Shown here piece by piece: positions 10,330 to 23,828 of a stretch of DNA of 64,000 nucleotides. The position numbers and the translations under genes are program-made. Source of the stretch: Octopus vulgaris. Its lineage: Eukaryota. The stretch is taken from the NCBI GenBank assembly GCA_951406725.2, contig OX597824.1, positions 49,166,001 to 49,230,000 of the forward strand, in the 5' to 3' direction. The notes under the pieces were generated by a model. That model was not told where the DNA came from. It ran no database searches and worked only from the letters and a program-made list of their open reading frames with translations. Position 1 is the first letter of the stretch; each line of letters starts with the position of its first letter.

Positions 10330-13300
10330 GATTATCAGGACTCCAATCTTGTGACTGAGACAGGGGCTATGGAACCATTTTAGGTTTCCGATATAGTGGA
10401 TTTATATTTGTGAAAGCGGACAACAAATGCCAAGGCATAACAAGTATTTGAAGTCATAGACATTATTGTTCTTAAATTATTTATGGTCTTACAGCTGTTT
10501 CTGGTATATCTCAAGTGATAGGTGAGTATGCCTGAATATGGGGTATTCTGACATCAGAAACAATTAGAAAATATAAAGGATCTAGAGATGGGAATATTCA
10601 GATAAGAGATGTAGACATGAAAATTTACCAATAATAAGCAAATAAGGGAATAAAGAAATAAAAGTCACAGTTCATTTTTCCAAGAGTATGGATGTTAGTC
10701 CTTATGTCCTTAGGTAAAATCCTAGGTAAATCCAGGACTTATTATCGTAAAGTATAATTAGTGTTTTCACAGCTTAAATATCCAGGTAATATTTTGATTG
10801 GAATGGGGTTAGTGTGTTCATATTTATGTGGCTGGTTTGTGAGAGAATAACAGTAGAAGTAGTTATTGAGCAAAGTGGAGGGAGAAGGAGAAAGAAAGGG
10901 ACAGAGAGGCTAACGAGGAGATGGAGATAGAGGAAGGTAAGTGACAGGTCATTAACAAGGATTGCTCTGCAGGAATGGTCAAAGATAATGGAAGGTAAAA
11001 TAAAATATAAATAAAAGGGGTTCAGAGAGAATAGGAAAATAAATAAAGAGAATAATAGATGCCAGCACCATTCCTCATGTTTAGGGTTGAGGCATGATGT
11101 CAAGCAAATGTCTTGCAAACAACTTGCACATGCAAGTGCTACCAGTTGAGAACTCCACATACCGGAAGCCAGCAAGTGTATGCGGTCATCAGGAGAGAAT
11201 GCGTGCCATTTCGGGGCCTACTTCTCAACGGCATCAATGCACACCGGCTCCACACACTGATATGAGACCCCGCTTTCTAGATCAACTGGTTATTAAATAA
11301 AGCTCACTATTTCTCTAGCCATTGCTCATCTCTTTTTAACCAAATCCAGTGGCTAGCCTTCTCCATTGTAGTTTGGATATCAGTCATGGTGGTATTGACT
11401 TTAAGATAAGTTAGGCCTAATGATAATAACAGTCGTTTCACACTGTGTCCAACATAATATTTGTGTCTGTTGAATGGCTATGGTCAGTAGTAATAGATAT
11501 ATTCCTTCCTATGGGTATATATTAAAGGATGAATGGAGAAACAAGTTAAATATTTAATTGTTTAGGAATAAAAGTTACAATTTAACATTTGGAATCTAGG
11601 AGGTTAATGTTTAAAGTTTAGAAGATAAATTAAAACCCATAGGTTAAAGTAAAGAATTAACAGTTATCTTGTAAGGTACTAATGTTGATAAAGAAGATAA
11701 TGAGGGGATAGGCATAGGTATATTATAACAACCATGGAAATATGCAAATAAGCGTTATGTGTGAGGGATAAGTTCACACTTTGACTTATGGAAAAACTTA
11801 AATGTGCAGAAAAATTTGTGTTTACAATTTGTAAAGGCTTCATTTTGTTTGTTGAATAATTGCAGTGAGTTATGAGTTAAAATTTTGATGGCTACTAAAC
11901 ATAAAGAACACCTCTCTAAAATTAACCCTAGGCAAGCATGCCCACATATTGGACACCCAAACCCTCCCACAATAGATAGGCTAACTAATACCACCACCAG
12001 AAATGTTGAAAGACCTCATACAAGACAATCTCATCCACCTAGCACCCACATGTATAATACTCGATCTAAGCATATAAACATCAAATCCTACAACTCTCCT
12101 CTCACACATACCAAGAATTACACTTCCTCTAATTTGCCAAATAAAGGCAATGGGAGATCAATTCTCTGGCACACACCCCCATTTGCTTTAAACATTAAGG
12201 GCCTTGCCAAAATCTTCTTTCGAGTAGTGGATTCTAACAACCCACGTCACCACAAATACCATTCTATCTTTAACAAATCCACTGAAAAATTATCCTACTC
12301 CTCTGTACCTAATATAGAATCTATTATTACCTCATCTAACAAACTTAAACTTAGCTCTTACTATCTAAATATATACAATCCTACTATACTATGAAAACAC
12401 TAACACTGCATAAACTTTACTCCTAGCCCTAAAATTATAACTAGCTTGAACCTAGATAATATAATCCACACCTCTGAGGGAGCTTCATGCACCACTGAAA
12501 CCAATGTTGATAGAAGTACTAGTACTAACAATACTAACTCTACTATAACCACTAATACCTCTACTACAACTACTAATAATACTAACAACAATGCTAATAC
12601 TACTACTACCGAAAATATTACTATTACTAATACTATTACCACTACTAATAATAATAATAATAACAATAATACTGATACTAATATCAATACCGCTACAAAT
12701 ACCAATACTACTACTAATAGTAACAATTATAACAAGAGCAGTCAGAGAGCGCAAGCTTCTGCCAAGGCAACACCAATGTCCTCTCAATGATTAGCCAGTG
12801 ATCATTTCTAAAATGAGAATATCTGAAATAAACTGGATTGCTCTCACAAATGAGAATACTAAAAATGAACCTGACTGCTCTCAAATGGAAAAATAATCCA
12901 AATATATATATATACATTGAGAGGTGAAGGGAGCGGAGATGAAATACTAATACAGTGAAGGAGAAGTAGTGAGAGAAATAGCCATGACTGAGAGGGAGTG
13001 AGAGAAAATAATGACAATGAGAAAGATAAAATGAAGTGCCAAAGAGAGCATCATATAAATGAGAAAGGAAGGGATGATAGATGAATAATGAAGGAAGGAG
13101 TGAAAAAAACCAATAAACAGTGTTTGAAGTGTGAGTATATGTGTATGTACAATGGAAATGGGATGGTAATGTTCAATACTGAAAATGTGTGAGTATATGT
13201 GTGTGTGTGTACAAGAGAACTACGTGAAATTTTACATGTAAAGTAAAAAAATTGGAAAAATAATCCAGAATCCTTGTCTGGTACCAGATCGATACCAAAA

Positions 13301-14113
13301 TCTAATGAGACTGTAACCAGTCACAAGACCAAACATCCTTGAAAGTTTCATCCAAATCCATCTAGCAATTCTTGAGATATCTTGTCCTTGGACAAACAAA
13401 CATGACTCAAAACAATACCTCTGCTTTTGCTAAGGCGGAGGTAATAATAATAACAGCAACATCAATAACATGAACCAATCACCTAATACAACCCAAGCCT
13501 TTAACTTGTCTGCAAATAGCATAACTCCATCTATCTCTCCAACTAACCAACTTAGAACAGATAGCTGCAACTGCAGATCTGGGACTGATTGCTCATTGCA
13601 AGCCTACTGCAGAAGGTTCAACATGGTATATCAATGCACTGTCCACAACCAATTAAATAACTCCATTAGCTACTATATCGGATTTACCATTAATTTCAAA
13701 CAAAGATACTCTGCACATTTAAACTCATTTAAATATAAAGAGTATAGCAATTCCACATCTGTAGCCAGCCACATACACCATCTAATTAATAGGAAAATAC
13801 AATACAGGATATCTTGGGCTATAATAGATTCTGGCATCCCATGTCAGGGCCAACGCTCCACATGAGGACTCTGCCTAAAAGAAGCCCTCAAGATTTTAAT
13901 CACTACTCACTGCAATTACTCAACAAACAAAATGAAGCCTTCACAAATTGTAAACACAAATTTTTCTGCACATTTAAATTTTTCCATAAGTCAAAGTGTG
14001 AACTCATCCCTCACACATAACGCTTATTTGCATATTTCCATGGTCTTTATGACATACCTATGCCTATCCCCTCATTATCTTCTCTATCAACATTAGTACC
14101 TTACAAGATAACT
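10330..14113 (+). mobile_element. Decayed Penelope-like element with inverted 3' segment (RT thumb region 12160-12350, GIY-YIG 13560-14020); left boundary approximate
   Basis: ILWHTPPF..HKYHSIFNKST.KLSYS.VPNI; CNCR...C...C..VYQC..YIG..FKQRY..H; inverted repeat ~11662-11893/13883-14113. Confidence 0.8.
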
Positions 14114-14234
14114 CGGCAGCATTTGAACTCAGAACATAAAGACAGATGAAATGCCACAAAACATTTTGCCCAGCAATGCTAACGATTCTGCCAAGTCACC
14201 ACCTAAATAATAATAATAATAATAATAATAATAC

Positions 14235-14540
14235 AGATACCAGGAAACCCCAAAATGGCAGAAATTCAAAAGATAGTGCTCATGGGAACTGCTCATATCC
14301 TATGCAAAATACTTTCTATGTAATCTCAAAGTTTAAAACAAACATAATTTTAATTTTTTTAGGCATTCACTAGTACAACACTAAAAAAAAATATATATAT
14401 GGCACACTAGGCATAACAACAACATGAACTTCCAGCCCGTTGTCTCTTCAGGTCTCTGGGTGAGACTTGGAGCCAACTTGTACAAATATAAAGCAAAATT
14501 CAAGCATAGAATAATAATAATAATAATAATGATGATGATG
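14235..14540 (+). mobile_element. Short R4/Dong-like 3' end fragment between (AAT)n tracts
   Basis: KMAEIQKIVLMGTAHILCKILSM* C-terminal motif; AAT microsatellites on both sides. Confidence 0.5.
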
Positions 14541-14999
14541 ATGATGATTATAACATACACAGAAGCTTTAATGGCAGCATGGCCAATTTTGGCAGCATTA
14601 GCAAGCCTAATATTATGACAGTTAATAGGCAGCAAGCTGGTAGATTCATTAGCACACTGGGCAAAATGCTTAGCAGCATTTCATTCATCTTTATGTTCTG
14701 AGTTGAAATGCTGCTGGAGTCAACTTTGCCTTTCTTCTTTTCAGGGTCAATGTAATCAACTTACTCCTACTCCCGAAATTACTGGCCTTGTGCCAAAATT
14801 TGAAACCAGTATTATGATTGGTAATGAAGGCAACAACTCTAATAACATAAAAATAACAATAGTAATAATAATAACAATAACAACAGTAGTAGTAGTAGTA
14901 GTAGTAGTAGTAGCAACAGCCCTAACAATGGTGCCAGTCTTATGAATACTGAGATTGATAACCACCACAAGATGACTAAATATAAAAATATAGGCAAGA

Positions 15000-17766
15000 A
15001 TGTGAACAACCCAACTAACCTCTCTGAGAACAGGACCCCTATTCTGTCACCACTACAACTAGTGCTAATGCAAATACTAATAACAGTATATACAACACTC
15101 TAGAATATAGTATATATGAGGGAGATGAATCTGATGGACACAGTTTAACACTGTATAGATATCTTAGTAATAATACTAACAACAAATATAGTGCAAAGGA
15201 GCTTAACAGGAAATGATGCGACTGTAAAATACTTAGTAATTGTTCATTATAAAGCAACTGCTACAGATTTAATGCTGTTTATAAATCTATTTTTCTTAAC
15301 AAACAACAAAACTCTATCAGAATATACATTGGTGTCACCTTCCATTTTAAACACCCAATACATTGCCCACCTGAGCTCTTTTAAATCTGCAAAACACAAC
15401 AAATCTTCTTCATTAACTTTCAAAATTTGAAATTAATATTAATTCCTTATCGTCAAAATAAATAAATTCTTTATTCAAGTAACTATCAACATAAGCATAC
15501 ATCTAAATCACACTCACTACCCTCATTATGTATTTTATAGGTTATAAGCTTATAAACCTGAATCCCTTGTGGTCAGCTGGTTTACAATCAGATACTAACA
15601 TTACTTCTCAACCCTCTTGCCTCTCCCCTTCTCTATTTAGCATAACCCTTTCCTTCCTACATCCATTGATCACCATACCACACAGCTGGTGGTTAGTAAG
15701 TATACTTCATCTTGTAAGTTACCCCTCACCTGAAACTCTATGCCTCTTCTTCATATATAATGTTCCCCCTGACACCTGGTGGCTAGTCTAGCTAACTGAT
15801 AATTCTAATTTACTTACCCTATATTCTGCTGCTATTCATGATCTTCCTCTCACCACCCCACTCAGCGTTTCCCTTCCCTGCACATATTGGTACTGGCCAC
15901 TTCTTTCTATGTACCTTCTTCTAACATTTGAACGATATATACGAGGGGCGTTCAATAAGTAATGCCCCTGACCCACTTCCCATAGCAGTAGAGCAATGAA
16001 ACTTGGAACAGTTATTAGTCTTTTTCTACATAGGAACCACCCAGAGTTACGCATTTCTCCCATCGTTTGATGCATCTCTGAAGACCGTTTTTGTAGAAGA
16101 CCCCAGCTTGGTCCTCCAACCACGACGTGACTTCAGAAATCAAGGCTGCATCATCTGGGAAACGCTTTCCTTTCAAAAACAACTTCATGGCTGGGAAGAG
16201 GTGAAAATCAGAGGGTGCAAGGTCAGGAGAGTAGGGGGGATGGGGGATGAGTTCATAGCCGCACGCCTGTGCTTCTGATCTGGCGACACGCGAGTTGTGG
16301 ATCGGAGCGTTGTCCTGCAGGAGGAGGATGCCTTTGCTGATCTTGCCCCGCCTCTTGATTTTGATAGCTTCTCTTAATTTCCTCAAAAGTGAAGCATAAT
16401 AGACTCCTGTAATTGTGGCACCCTTTGCCAGGAAATCTGTCTTCACTACTCCGTCCTGGTCCCAGAAGACTGTAAGCATGATCTGGCCAGCGGAGGGCTG
16501 CACCCTTGCCTTCTTTGGAGGAGGTGAGTCACGGTGCTTCCACTGCATTGACTGGGCTTTGGTCTCTGGATCATAGTGATGGACCCAGGTTTTATCCTAT
16601 GCAATCAGTCTTTTGAAAAATTTTGACTCATCTTCTTGGCACATCTCCAAATTCATCCTCGAGCAATCGACGCGTTCTTGCTTCTGGAAAGGTGTGAGCA
16701 ACCTGGGAATCCATCTGGCAGACACCTTTTGCATATGCAAATGGTCATGAATGATAGTTTCCACAGACCCAGTACTAATCTTGACCTCATGGGCTATTTG
16801 GCGAATAGTTATGCGTCGATCTTCCAAAATGGCAGCCTCAACTTGACAGACAGATGCCTCATCAATGGCAGAAGGGGCGACCAGATCTGGGAGCTGTTTC
16901 CACAGAGTTCCGACCATGTTTGAATTCACGATGCCAGCGTTTTACAAGATCATACGATGAGGTATCATCACCATAAGTTACTTTCATTTCATCAAAACTC
17001 TCCCGTGGAGTGCGTCCTTTCAAATACAAAAACCGGATCACCGCTCGACACTCGACACTCAACATGCTCCATTTCACACTTGACTCAGTTCAAACACCTG
17101 TAAATCGGAAACCACAATTAGTTCAGAGCTGTAATTTGCCACTTATTCTATAGAGATATAAATAATTGCACATGCAAAATTTCAGCTAGATCAAACAACT
17201 GCAAGTGGGTCAGAGGCATTACTTATTGAACGCCCCTCGTATCTTATCTCTTCTCATGTTAATTTTTATCTATCTTACTATTATTATGACCTTGTACTCT
17301 GCCTTTCTTCTTTTATGTTCACCTCTGTATATCTCTGACATAACTAATAAATCATTACTTCCTGTTAAGGCTTTAGTTCATTCATCTTCCAGTGATGGAA
17401 TAGATTGCATCTATAATGTTAGCTGTCAATTGTTTGCAGAGAAATGCACCATCTACATATCTATTCTTGAAACAGCCATAAGAAAGTATCTGTGCACCTT
17501 CTTCCTTCCTTTCTCCTTTCTTCTCAACCAGCTTTGGATTCTACCTACAATGACCTAATACCAATAATTCGGACTTACCAGCTTTACCTAATACCAATAA
17601 TCTGGACTTACCATATAACACCTGGTAAATGCTAGCATATACCATAACCATTGTTTTATTGACCTCTTGTGATCATTATTCCTGTAACACCCCAACCCTC
17701 CTATTTAAATATATAAATGTCAGAATCGGACCTGATACTAGTTGTTTGCCTGTTTATCCTTTAATT

Positions 17767-17770
<4 letters not shown>
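15000..17770 (+). mobile_element. Third, strongly decayed PLE 3' end, interrupted by a mariner (boundaries approximate)
   Basis: CDCKILSNCSL*SNCYRFNAVYKS near 15217 and YIAHLSSFK parallel the 13560 copy; degenerate hammerhead near 17386-17486. Confidence 0.55.
15942..17239 (-). mobile_element. Full-length mariner (DD34D) transposon, 1298 bp, transposase disrupted
   Basis: 37-bp TIRs (CGAGGGGCGTTCAATAAGTAATGCC..), TA TSD; WIPRLL, QDNAPIH, HPPYSPDLAPSDFHLF; one frameshift (~16865) and a TAG at 16597. Confidence 0.95.
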
Positions 17771-17810
<40 letters not shown>

Positions 17811-18959
17811 ATTGTGTGGCAACTAATATTGGTTTGCTTACATCCCTGTAACTTAGCAGTTCAGCAAAAGAGCTGATGGAATAAGCACCACATTTAAAAC
17901 AATTAATGATTTGTTTTACTAACACTGTAAAGCAGTGCTCCAACAAGGCTACATTTCAATGACTAAAACAAGTAAAAGAATAAATTCTACTTAGATGAAA
18001 GTTTTATAAAATTCTGAGAGAAACTTACTGTCAATATTATAAGTATCATTGTTAAGCACTTGAGAAAGAGAATATATGTCAGGAGTATAAATTTTTTGTT
18101 CATGTATTGCTACTTGTCGAACTCAAGTGAAAGAAGAAATGAAGAAGTGTGTAAAAACAGTTAAGGCACAGTTTTATAGCACATAAACATCATAATACTG
18201 CACTGATAGTCTCAGTCATTTTAAATTATGATTCCATGTCATCTGGGAAAATTAACAGTTAAATAAATCAACTGAGAAAAGAAGGAGAGAAAACCTTATG
18301 TTTCACAGAACAGCAATAAATAAACTAAGAGTTTGTATGAAATACACAGATTTTGATAAAAAATTTGCTAAATAGGAGTATGGGGTGAGATTTGTCTCAT
18401 GGCATTTGAAAACTGTAAAATCTAAAGAAACACTTGATAATTATCTCTCTGTATTCCAACATCATAGGGCAGAGAGCAGTTTAGTTATGTAATGAATGTT
18501 TATGACAATGACAATGTGGGTAGAGTTGTATTTTGACTCTAGACTAAAAAGTGTGAAGTGAAGCAAAGGGGAGTCACTCTAAATCGTAACAATGTTTGCT
18601 GAGTCAAATCATATGAATACTAACTGTAAAAAGAAAAATTTGTAAGGGTGAATCTAAGTTTTATTACTTTTGAAATGAAAAGTTTACATGCCTGAGTGAC
18701 AAGTATTCACATAAACAACTATTGTGTGAAAATAATATGTTCACAGTAACATTCCTGAACAAAATAACTTTATTTTTGTTGTATAGAAAATACAATTTTG
18801 TGTACATAGTTTGTATTAAAACTACATCATATAAAATACCTCAACTTATATAAGCTGTATTTAGCACTTAAATATGACAAGGATGACTTTCTAGAGAACT
18901 TCAAATATGGGCTAATTAATCCATGAAACGTGAAATGAGTATAACCAGCAAATATGTTC

Positions 18960-19826
18960 ATCATCATCATCATAGTTTAATGTCTGCTTTCCATGCTAGC
19001 ATGGGTTGGACGATTTGACTGAGGACTGGCAAACCAGATGGCTGCACCAGGCTCCAATCTGATCTGGCAGAGTTTCTACAGCTAGATGCCCTTCCTAACG
19101 CCAACCACTCCGAGAGTGTAGTGGGTGCTTTTACGTGCCACCGGCATGAGGGCCAGTCAGGTGGTACTAGCAATGGCCACGTTCAAGTGGTGTTTTTTAC
19201 GTGCCACCTGCACAAGAGCCAGTCCAGTGGCACAGGAACCAGTCCAGCGGCACTGGCAATGACCTCACTCAAATGTTTTTCATGTGCCACTGGCACAAGT
19301 GCCAGCAAGGCGCGCTGGTAACGATCATGCTCGAATGGTGTTTTTTATGTGCCACCAGCACAGAAGCCAGATAACTGCTTTGGCAGCAATCACACTTGGA
19401 TGGTGCACTGGCATGGGTGCCAGTCATCGAATTTGTGAATTTGATTTGATTCGATTTCACTTACCTCAACAGGTCTTCACAAGCAGAGTTTAGAGTCCAA
19501 TGAAGGAAAGGTATGCATAAGTGGGCTGGTTACACCCCTGGCATAGGCCACGGGTTATGGTTTCACTTAGCTTGCCGGGTCTTCTCATGCACTGCATATT
19601 TCCAAAGGTCTCGGTCATTAGTCATTCCCTTGGTGAGGCCTAATGTTCGAAAGTCATGCTTCACCACCTCATCCCAGGTCTTCCTGGGTCTACCTCTTCC
19701 ATAGGTTCCTTCAACTGCTAGGGTGTGGCACTTTTCCCCACAGCTATCCTGATCCATTCTCGCCACATGCCCATACGAGTGCAGTCGTCTCTTTTGCACA
19801 CTACATCTGATGCTTCTTAGGTCCAA
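18960..19826 (-). mobile_element. RTE LINE 3' end with repeated 3'UTR modules and (GAT)n tail
   Basis: ORF 19563-19826 (RRLHSYGHV..GRGRPRKTWDEVVKHD) followed by the common tail. Confidence 0.8.
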
Positions 19827-19900
19827 CTAAGAAGCATCAGATGTGGTGTGCAAGAGAGACAACTGCACTGGTATGGGCATGTGGCAAGAATGGATGAGGA

Positions 19901-20356
19901 AATACAAAAATTACATTAGTAATCAACATAAAACTATGGAATTGTAGTAGTATGACTGAGAAAGGTTTTATAATATTGAAGACAAAATAGGATTCATTCA
20001 GTTTGATACCTAGCCAACTGCAGAAGTCTTCTGAAAGCTCTACAGTTTGGTAAAATGCTTACCTTAATTACCAACATCAATATAACCAGAAATCCAGGTG
20101 AATTATATTCATTTCATGATAATTTCTTCTGGGTTAAGAAACATGGAAATGAGCTTTTGGGTGTCTCTCTGATTAGCAATGATGATATGACAATATCAGA
20201 GTTCATTTACCTATTTATATTATGAAATTATAGAAGATGATGACTTGCCATATTCCATTATATGAACAAACACAACATAGACAAATTTTTTAAAATGTTA
20301 ATTAGTATATTTAGACAATGTAATCTAAAAATTACAATAAACACTAACCTGAAAAT

Positions 20357-20357
<1 letters not shown>
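19901..20357 (+). mobile_element. PLE reverse transcriptase remnant
   Basis: FIQFD, FWVKKHGNELLGVSLISNDD..SEFIYLFIL and IFRQCNLKITINTNLKI resemble PLE RT motifs (FDVTMGSYDGAEVCEL; LKITIEANLK). Confidence 0.6.
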
Positions 20358-20830
<473 letters not shown>

Positions 20831-20875
20831 ACCTATGTATATTGAGTTCTAATACTGGCACTCAGTTGGTTACGA

Positions 20876-21162
20876 TGTTGAGGGTCCAAGTTGATTTGAT
20901 CAACAGAGCAGCCTGTTTGTGAAATTAACATGCACTCCACAGATTAGCATAACCTTAACGTAGTTCTCAGGGAGATTTAATGCGACACAGAATGTGACAA
21001 GGTGGGCCCTTTGAAATACAGATACTACTCATTTTTTCCAGTTGAGTGGAGCAACATGAAATATAGTGTTTTGCTCAAGGACACAATGCATCACCGGGAA
21101 TCAAGCTGACAACCCTACAACCATGAGCTGAATACCCTAACCACTAGGCCATACGCTTTCAC
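20876..21162 (-). mobile_element. tRNA-derived SINE with 13-bp TSD (TGAGTTCTAATAC)
   Basis: Direct repeats at 20863-20875 and 21163-21175; A box TGGCCTAGTGG on the minus strand. Confidence 0.7.
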
Positions 21163-21190
21163 TGAGTTCTAATACCAGGTTATTATTATG

Positions 21191-21475
21191 TACATGGTGT
21201 CCCAGAATTAACTATTTATTTCAATAAGGCACATTTAAAAAAAAAAGGCTGACAGAATTTTATGTTTATTACTTAATTATGATACCAAAACAAATAGATT
21301 TATGAGTCTTACATCAAAACTTTATTGAAAATTTTCAACATGTGCTCCGTCTGTATCCCTGCAAATTTCAAATGCATCCTTAATGTTATGAAACACCTTT
21401 TGAAGCATTTCAGGAGTTATCTCTTGCACTTGCTAACTGAATGTGTTAAGCTCAGCTAAACTATTGGGCCATCCT
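21191..21475 (-). mobile_element. Tc1/mariner-superfamily transposase 3' end remnant
   Basis: TACATGGTGTCCC terminus; minus-strand EITPEMLQKVFHNIKDAFEICRDTDGAHVE C-terminal motif. Confidence 0.55.
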
Positions 21476-22392
21476 GGGGATGGAGGTAGAGAGAATGATT
21501 GCAGCCAAATTGAAAAAAAGCTATCATAGACAGATGAAATCCAACAAGAATGAAAATACTCACACACACACATACACACACACACACATACACACAATGG
21601 AGATGGACTGCTACACACACGTACACATCTTTTATCTTTTACTTGTTTTAGTTATTAGACTATGGCCATACTGGGGCACTACCTTGAAGAAATTTTAGTC
21701 AAATAAATGAAACCCAGTACTAATTTTTTTAAGCAGCCTGGGACTTATTCAATCAGTTTCTTTTGTCTAACTGCTAAGTTATGAGGACATAAACACACCA
21801 ACACCAGTTTTGAAGTGGTGATGGGGAACAAGCACAAACACAAAGACACACACACATACATTTATATATATGATGGACTTCTTTCAGTTTAACCGACTCG
21901 TTTAAAAGTACCCTTCAATCGTCGGGCAATATGCTGTGCTTGAGAAGATCTGTTGAGTCAGTGCTGCCTGACTGGCTCCCATGCTGGTGGCATGTAAAAA
22001 GCACCATTCAAGCGTGATTGATGCCAGTGCCACCTGACTGCCCCCCACCCCCCACCGGCGGTGGCATGTAAAAAGCACCCACTACACTCTTGGAGTGTAG
22101 GAAGGGCAACCAGCAGTAGAAACATTGCCAGATCAGATTGGAGCATGGTGCAGGCTCCTGGCTTGCCAGTCCTCAGTCAAACTGTCTAACCCATAGCTGT
22201 ATGGAAAGCAGATGTTAAACAATAATGATAGTGATGATGATGATGATGATTTCAGTTTCCATCAACCAAATCCACTCACAAGGCTTTGGTTAGCCCATGG
22301 ATATAGAAGACACTTGCCCAAGGTGCCTTGCAGTCGAACTGAACTTGGAACTATGTGAATGGGTAGCCATGCCTATACACAAACATATATAA

Positions 22393-22429
<37 letters not shown>

Positions 22430-22434
<5 letters not shown>

Positions 22435-22625
22435 TATATAGAAGGAGCTTCGACAGGACTAGAACTGTTTCATTCAAGAGAAATCTTCAGCTTCCTGAAG
22501 ATTTCTCTTGAATGAAACAGTTCTAGTCCTGTAGAAGCTCCTTCTATATAATAAATTAATTTTACTCTGCTATGTATTGAGTACCTTATTTACTGTGGTT
22601 AACCCCGAATCAACCCGGGACCTAC
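22430..22625. mobile_element. Tiny fold-back insertion (probable PLE pLTR remnant) in (TA)n
   Basis: 61-bp arms 22430-22490/22495-22555 with 1 mismatch and a 4-nt loop; contains a hammerhead core; TA repeats on both sides. Confidence 0.65.
22489..22539 (+). ncRNA. Hammerhead ribozyme-like motif inside a palindrome
   Basis: AGCUUC CUGAAGA UUUC-UCUU-GAAU GAA ACAG-uucuaguc-CUGU A GAAGCU. 6-bp stem I, 4-bp stem III, GUA triplet; stem II opens with a U-U mismatch. Confidence 0.62.
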
Positions 22626-23684
22626 ATATATATATATATATATATATATAAAGTTTATCGACACACACACATTGCCAATGTATCATATATCCAAAAACGG
22701 AGCACCTAAAGTATAGAGCAGTAAAGTATATTCAAGTAATAAAGTAAGGGTTAATGCTCTATTACCAGAGAAGCAGATGTAATTTTTATTATATATTTCT
22801 CTGCAAATTCTTCAGAGTAGTTTATCCGTCTAGAAAATTGAAAATGTTAAACAAGGAGATATTCTTATGCATCTACACATTTCTTTCTTTCTCCCTCCCG
22901 ACTCACATACATAATATATGTGTATGTGTTTGTATTTATAGATGTGTAGGTGTGTGTGTGTGCGCTCACGCGCGCAAGTGTGTGCGCGTGCGCGCTATAA
23001 AAAAAAAAACAGGTGAAAGCTAAAATATCACATGTAAAATTTTTGTTTACACTTGCGTGAGGAGACATAAGTTCACAATGACATTAATCAAAGCATGCCA
23101 TCTATGGGCATTTCATCACAGCATTTTTCTTTGACAAATGACGTGTTCCAACTTTTCCCAATCTTGATATAACAGTGTACAGTGCTTTCTGTTTTGAACG
23201 AACAGCTATACTTTTTAATAATAGAACACTTTAAAATGATGGAATGATCAATAATTCTAACTTTGGAGGGGTAGAACATAAGGGTAAGGACACACCCACC
23301 CGCCCACTTTACACAAACATATGCACGCATGCACACACACACACATTAGTACTTAGACATTTACAAGTACACTAACACACTTATTAAATAGAAACTGATA
23401 TTAGATCATCAAATAAAAAAAAATAGTAACTTGCACGTTGTAATATGAATTCATGGATTTTTACCCTTTTAAGTGAAAGTAAAGTCTATTGATTGGTTGA
23501 TAGTATATAGATAACACAGTAAAATGCGTAAGTAGCAAATAGCTTTAGTGTTGTATATGCATTGAGGATTATATGACATTAAATAGGTAGGCTTAACCTT
23601 GCTGTTTTGCATACCTCGCTTTCCCTGTCTACCGCTTTAAACATTTTTTTCTTTTATTTATTTTTGGCTCAACTAGTTGAGCTG

Positions 23685-23709
23685 CCAATATGGCGGGTAC
23701 CTGCACGTG
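23685..23709 (+). promoter_or_regulatory. Candidate calpain promoter/5'UTR motifs (CCAAT, YY1-like ATGGCGG, E-box CACGTG)
   Basis: Motif cluster 120-145 nt upstream of the ATG in locally CpG-richer DNA; motifs are short. Confidence 0.25.
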
Positions 23710-23828
23710 TGATGAACTTAACGGCAACATCAAACATGTGTGGAAGCTCACCTAACACAGCATCCTGCCTGACTGAAAGAGAAAAAAAAGCAAATAAATA
23801 AAGATATAAAAGAAATCTGGTTCCTACA

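Noticed and set aside
12400-12794. Overlapping ORFs resembling mucin or transmembrane proteins
   Set aside because: Low-complexity AAT/ACT sequence inside a PLE remnant; open frames reflect composition.
14020-14113. Possible SECIS after the PLE endonuclease
   Set aside because: ATGA is not followed by a helix with apical AA, and it is not conserved in the inverted copy.
19120-19360. Repeated GGTGCTTTTTACGTGCCACC units with variable spacers, superficially CRISPR-like
   Set aside because: Degenerate internal modules of a dispersed RTE 3'UTR in a eukaryote; irregular spacing and no cas genes.
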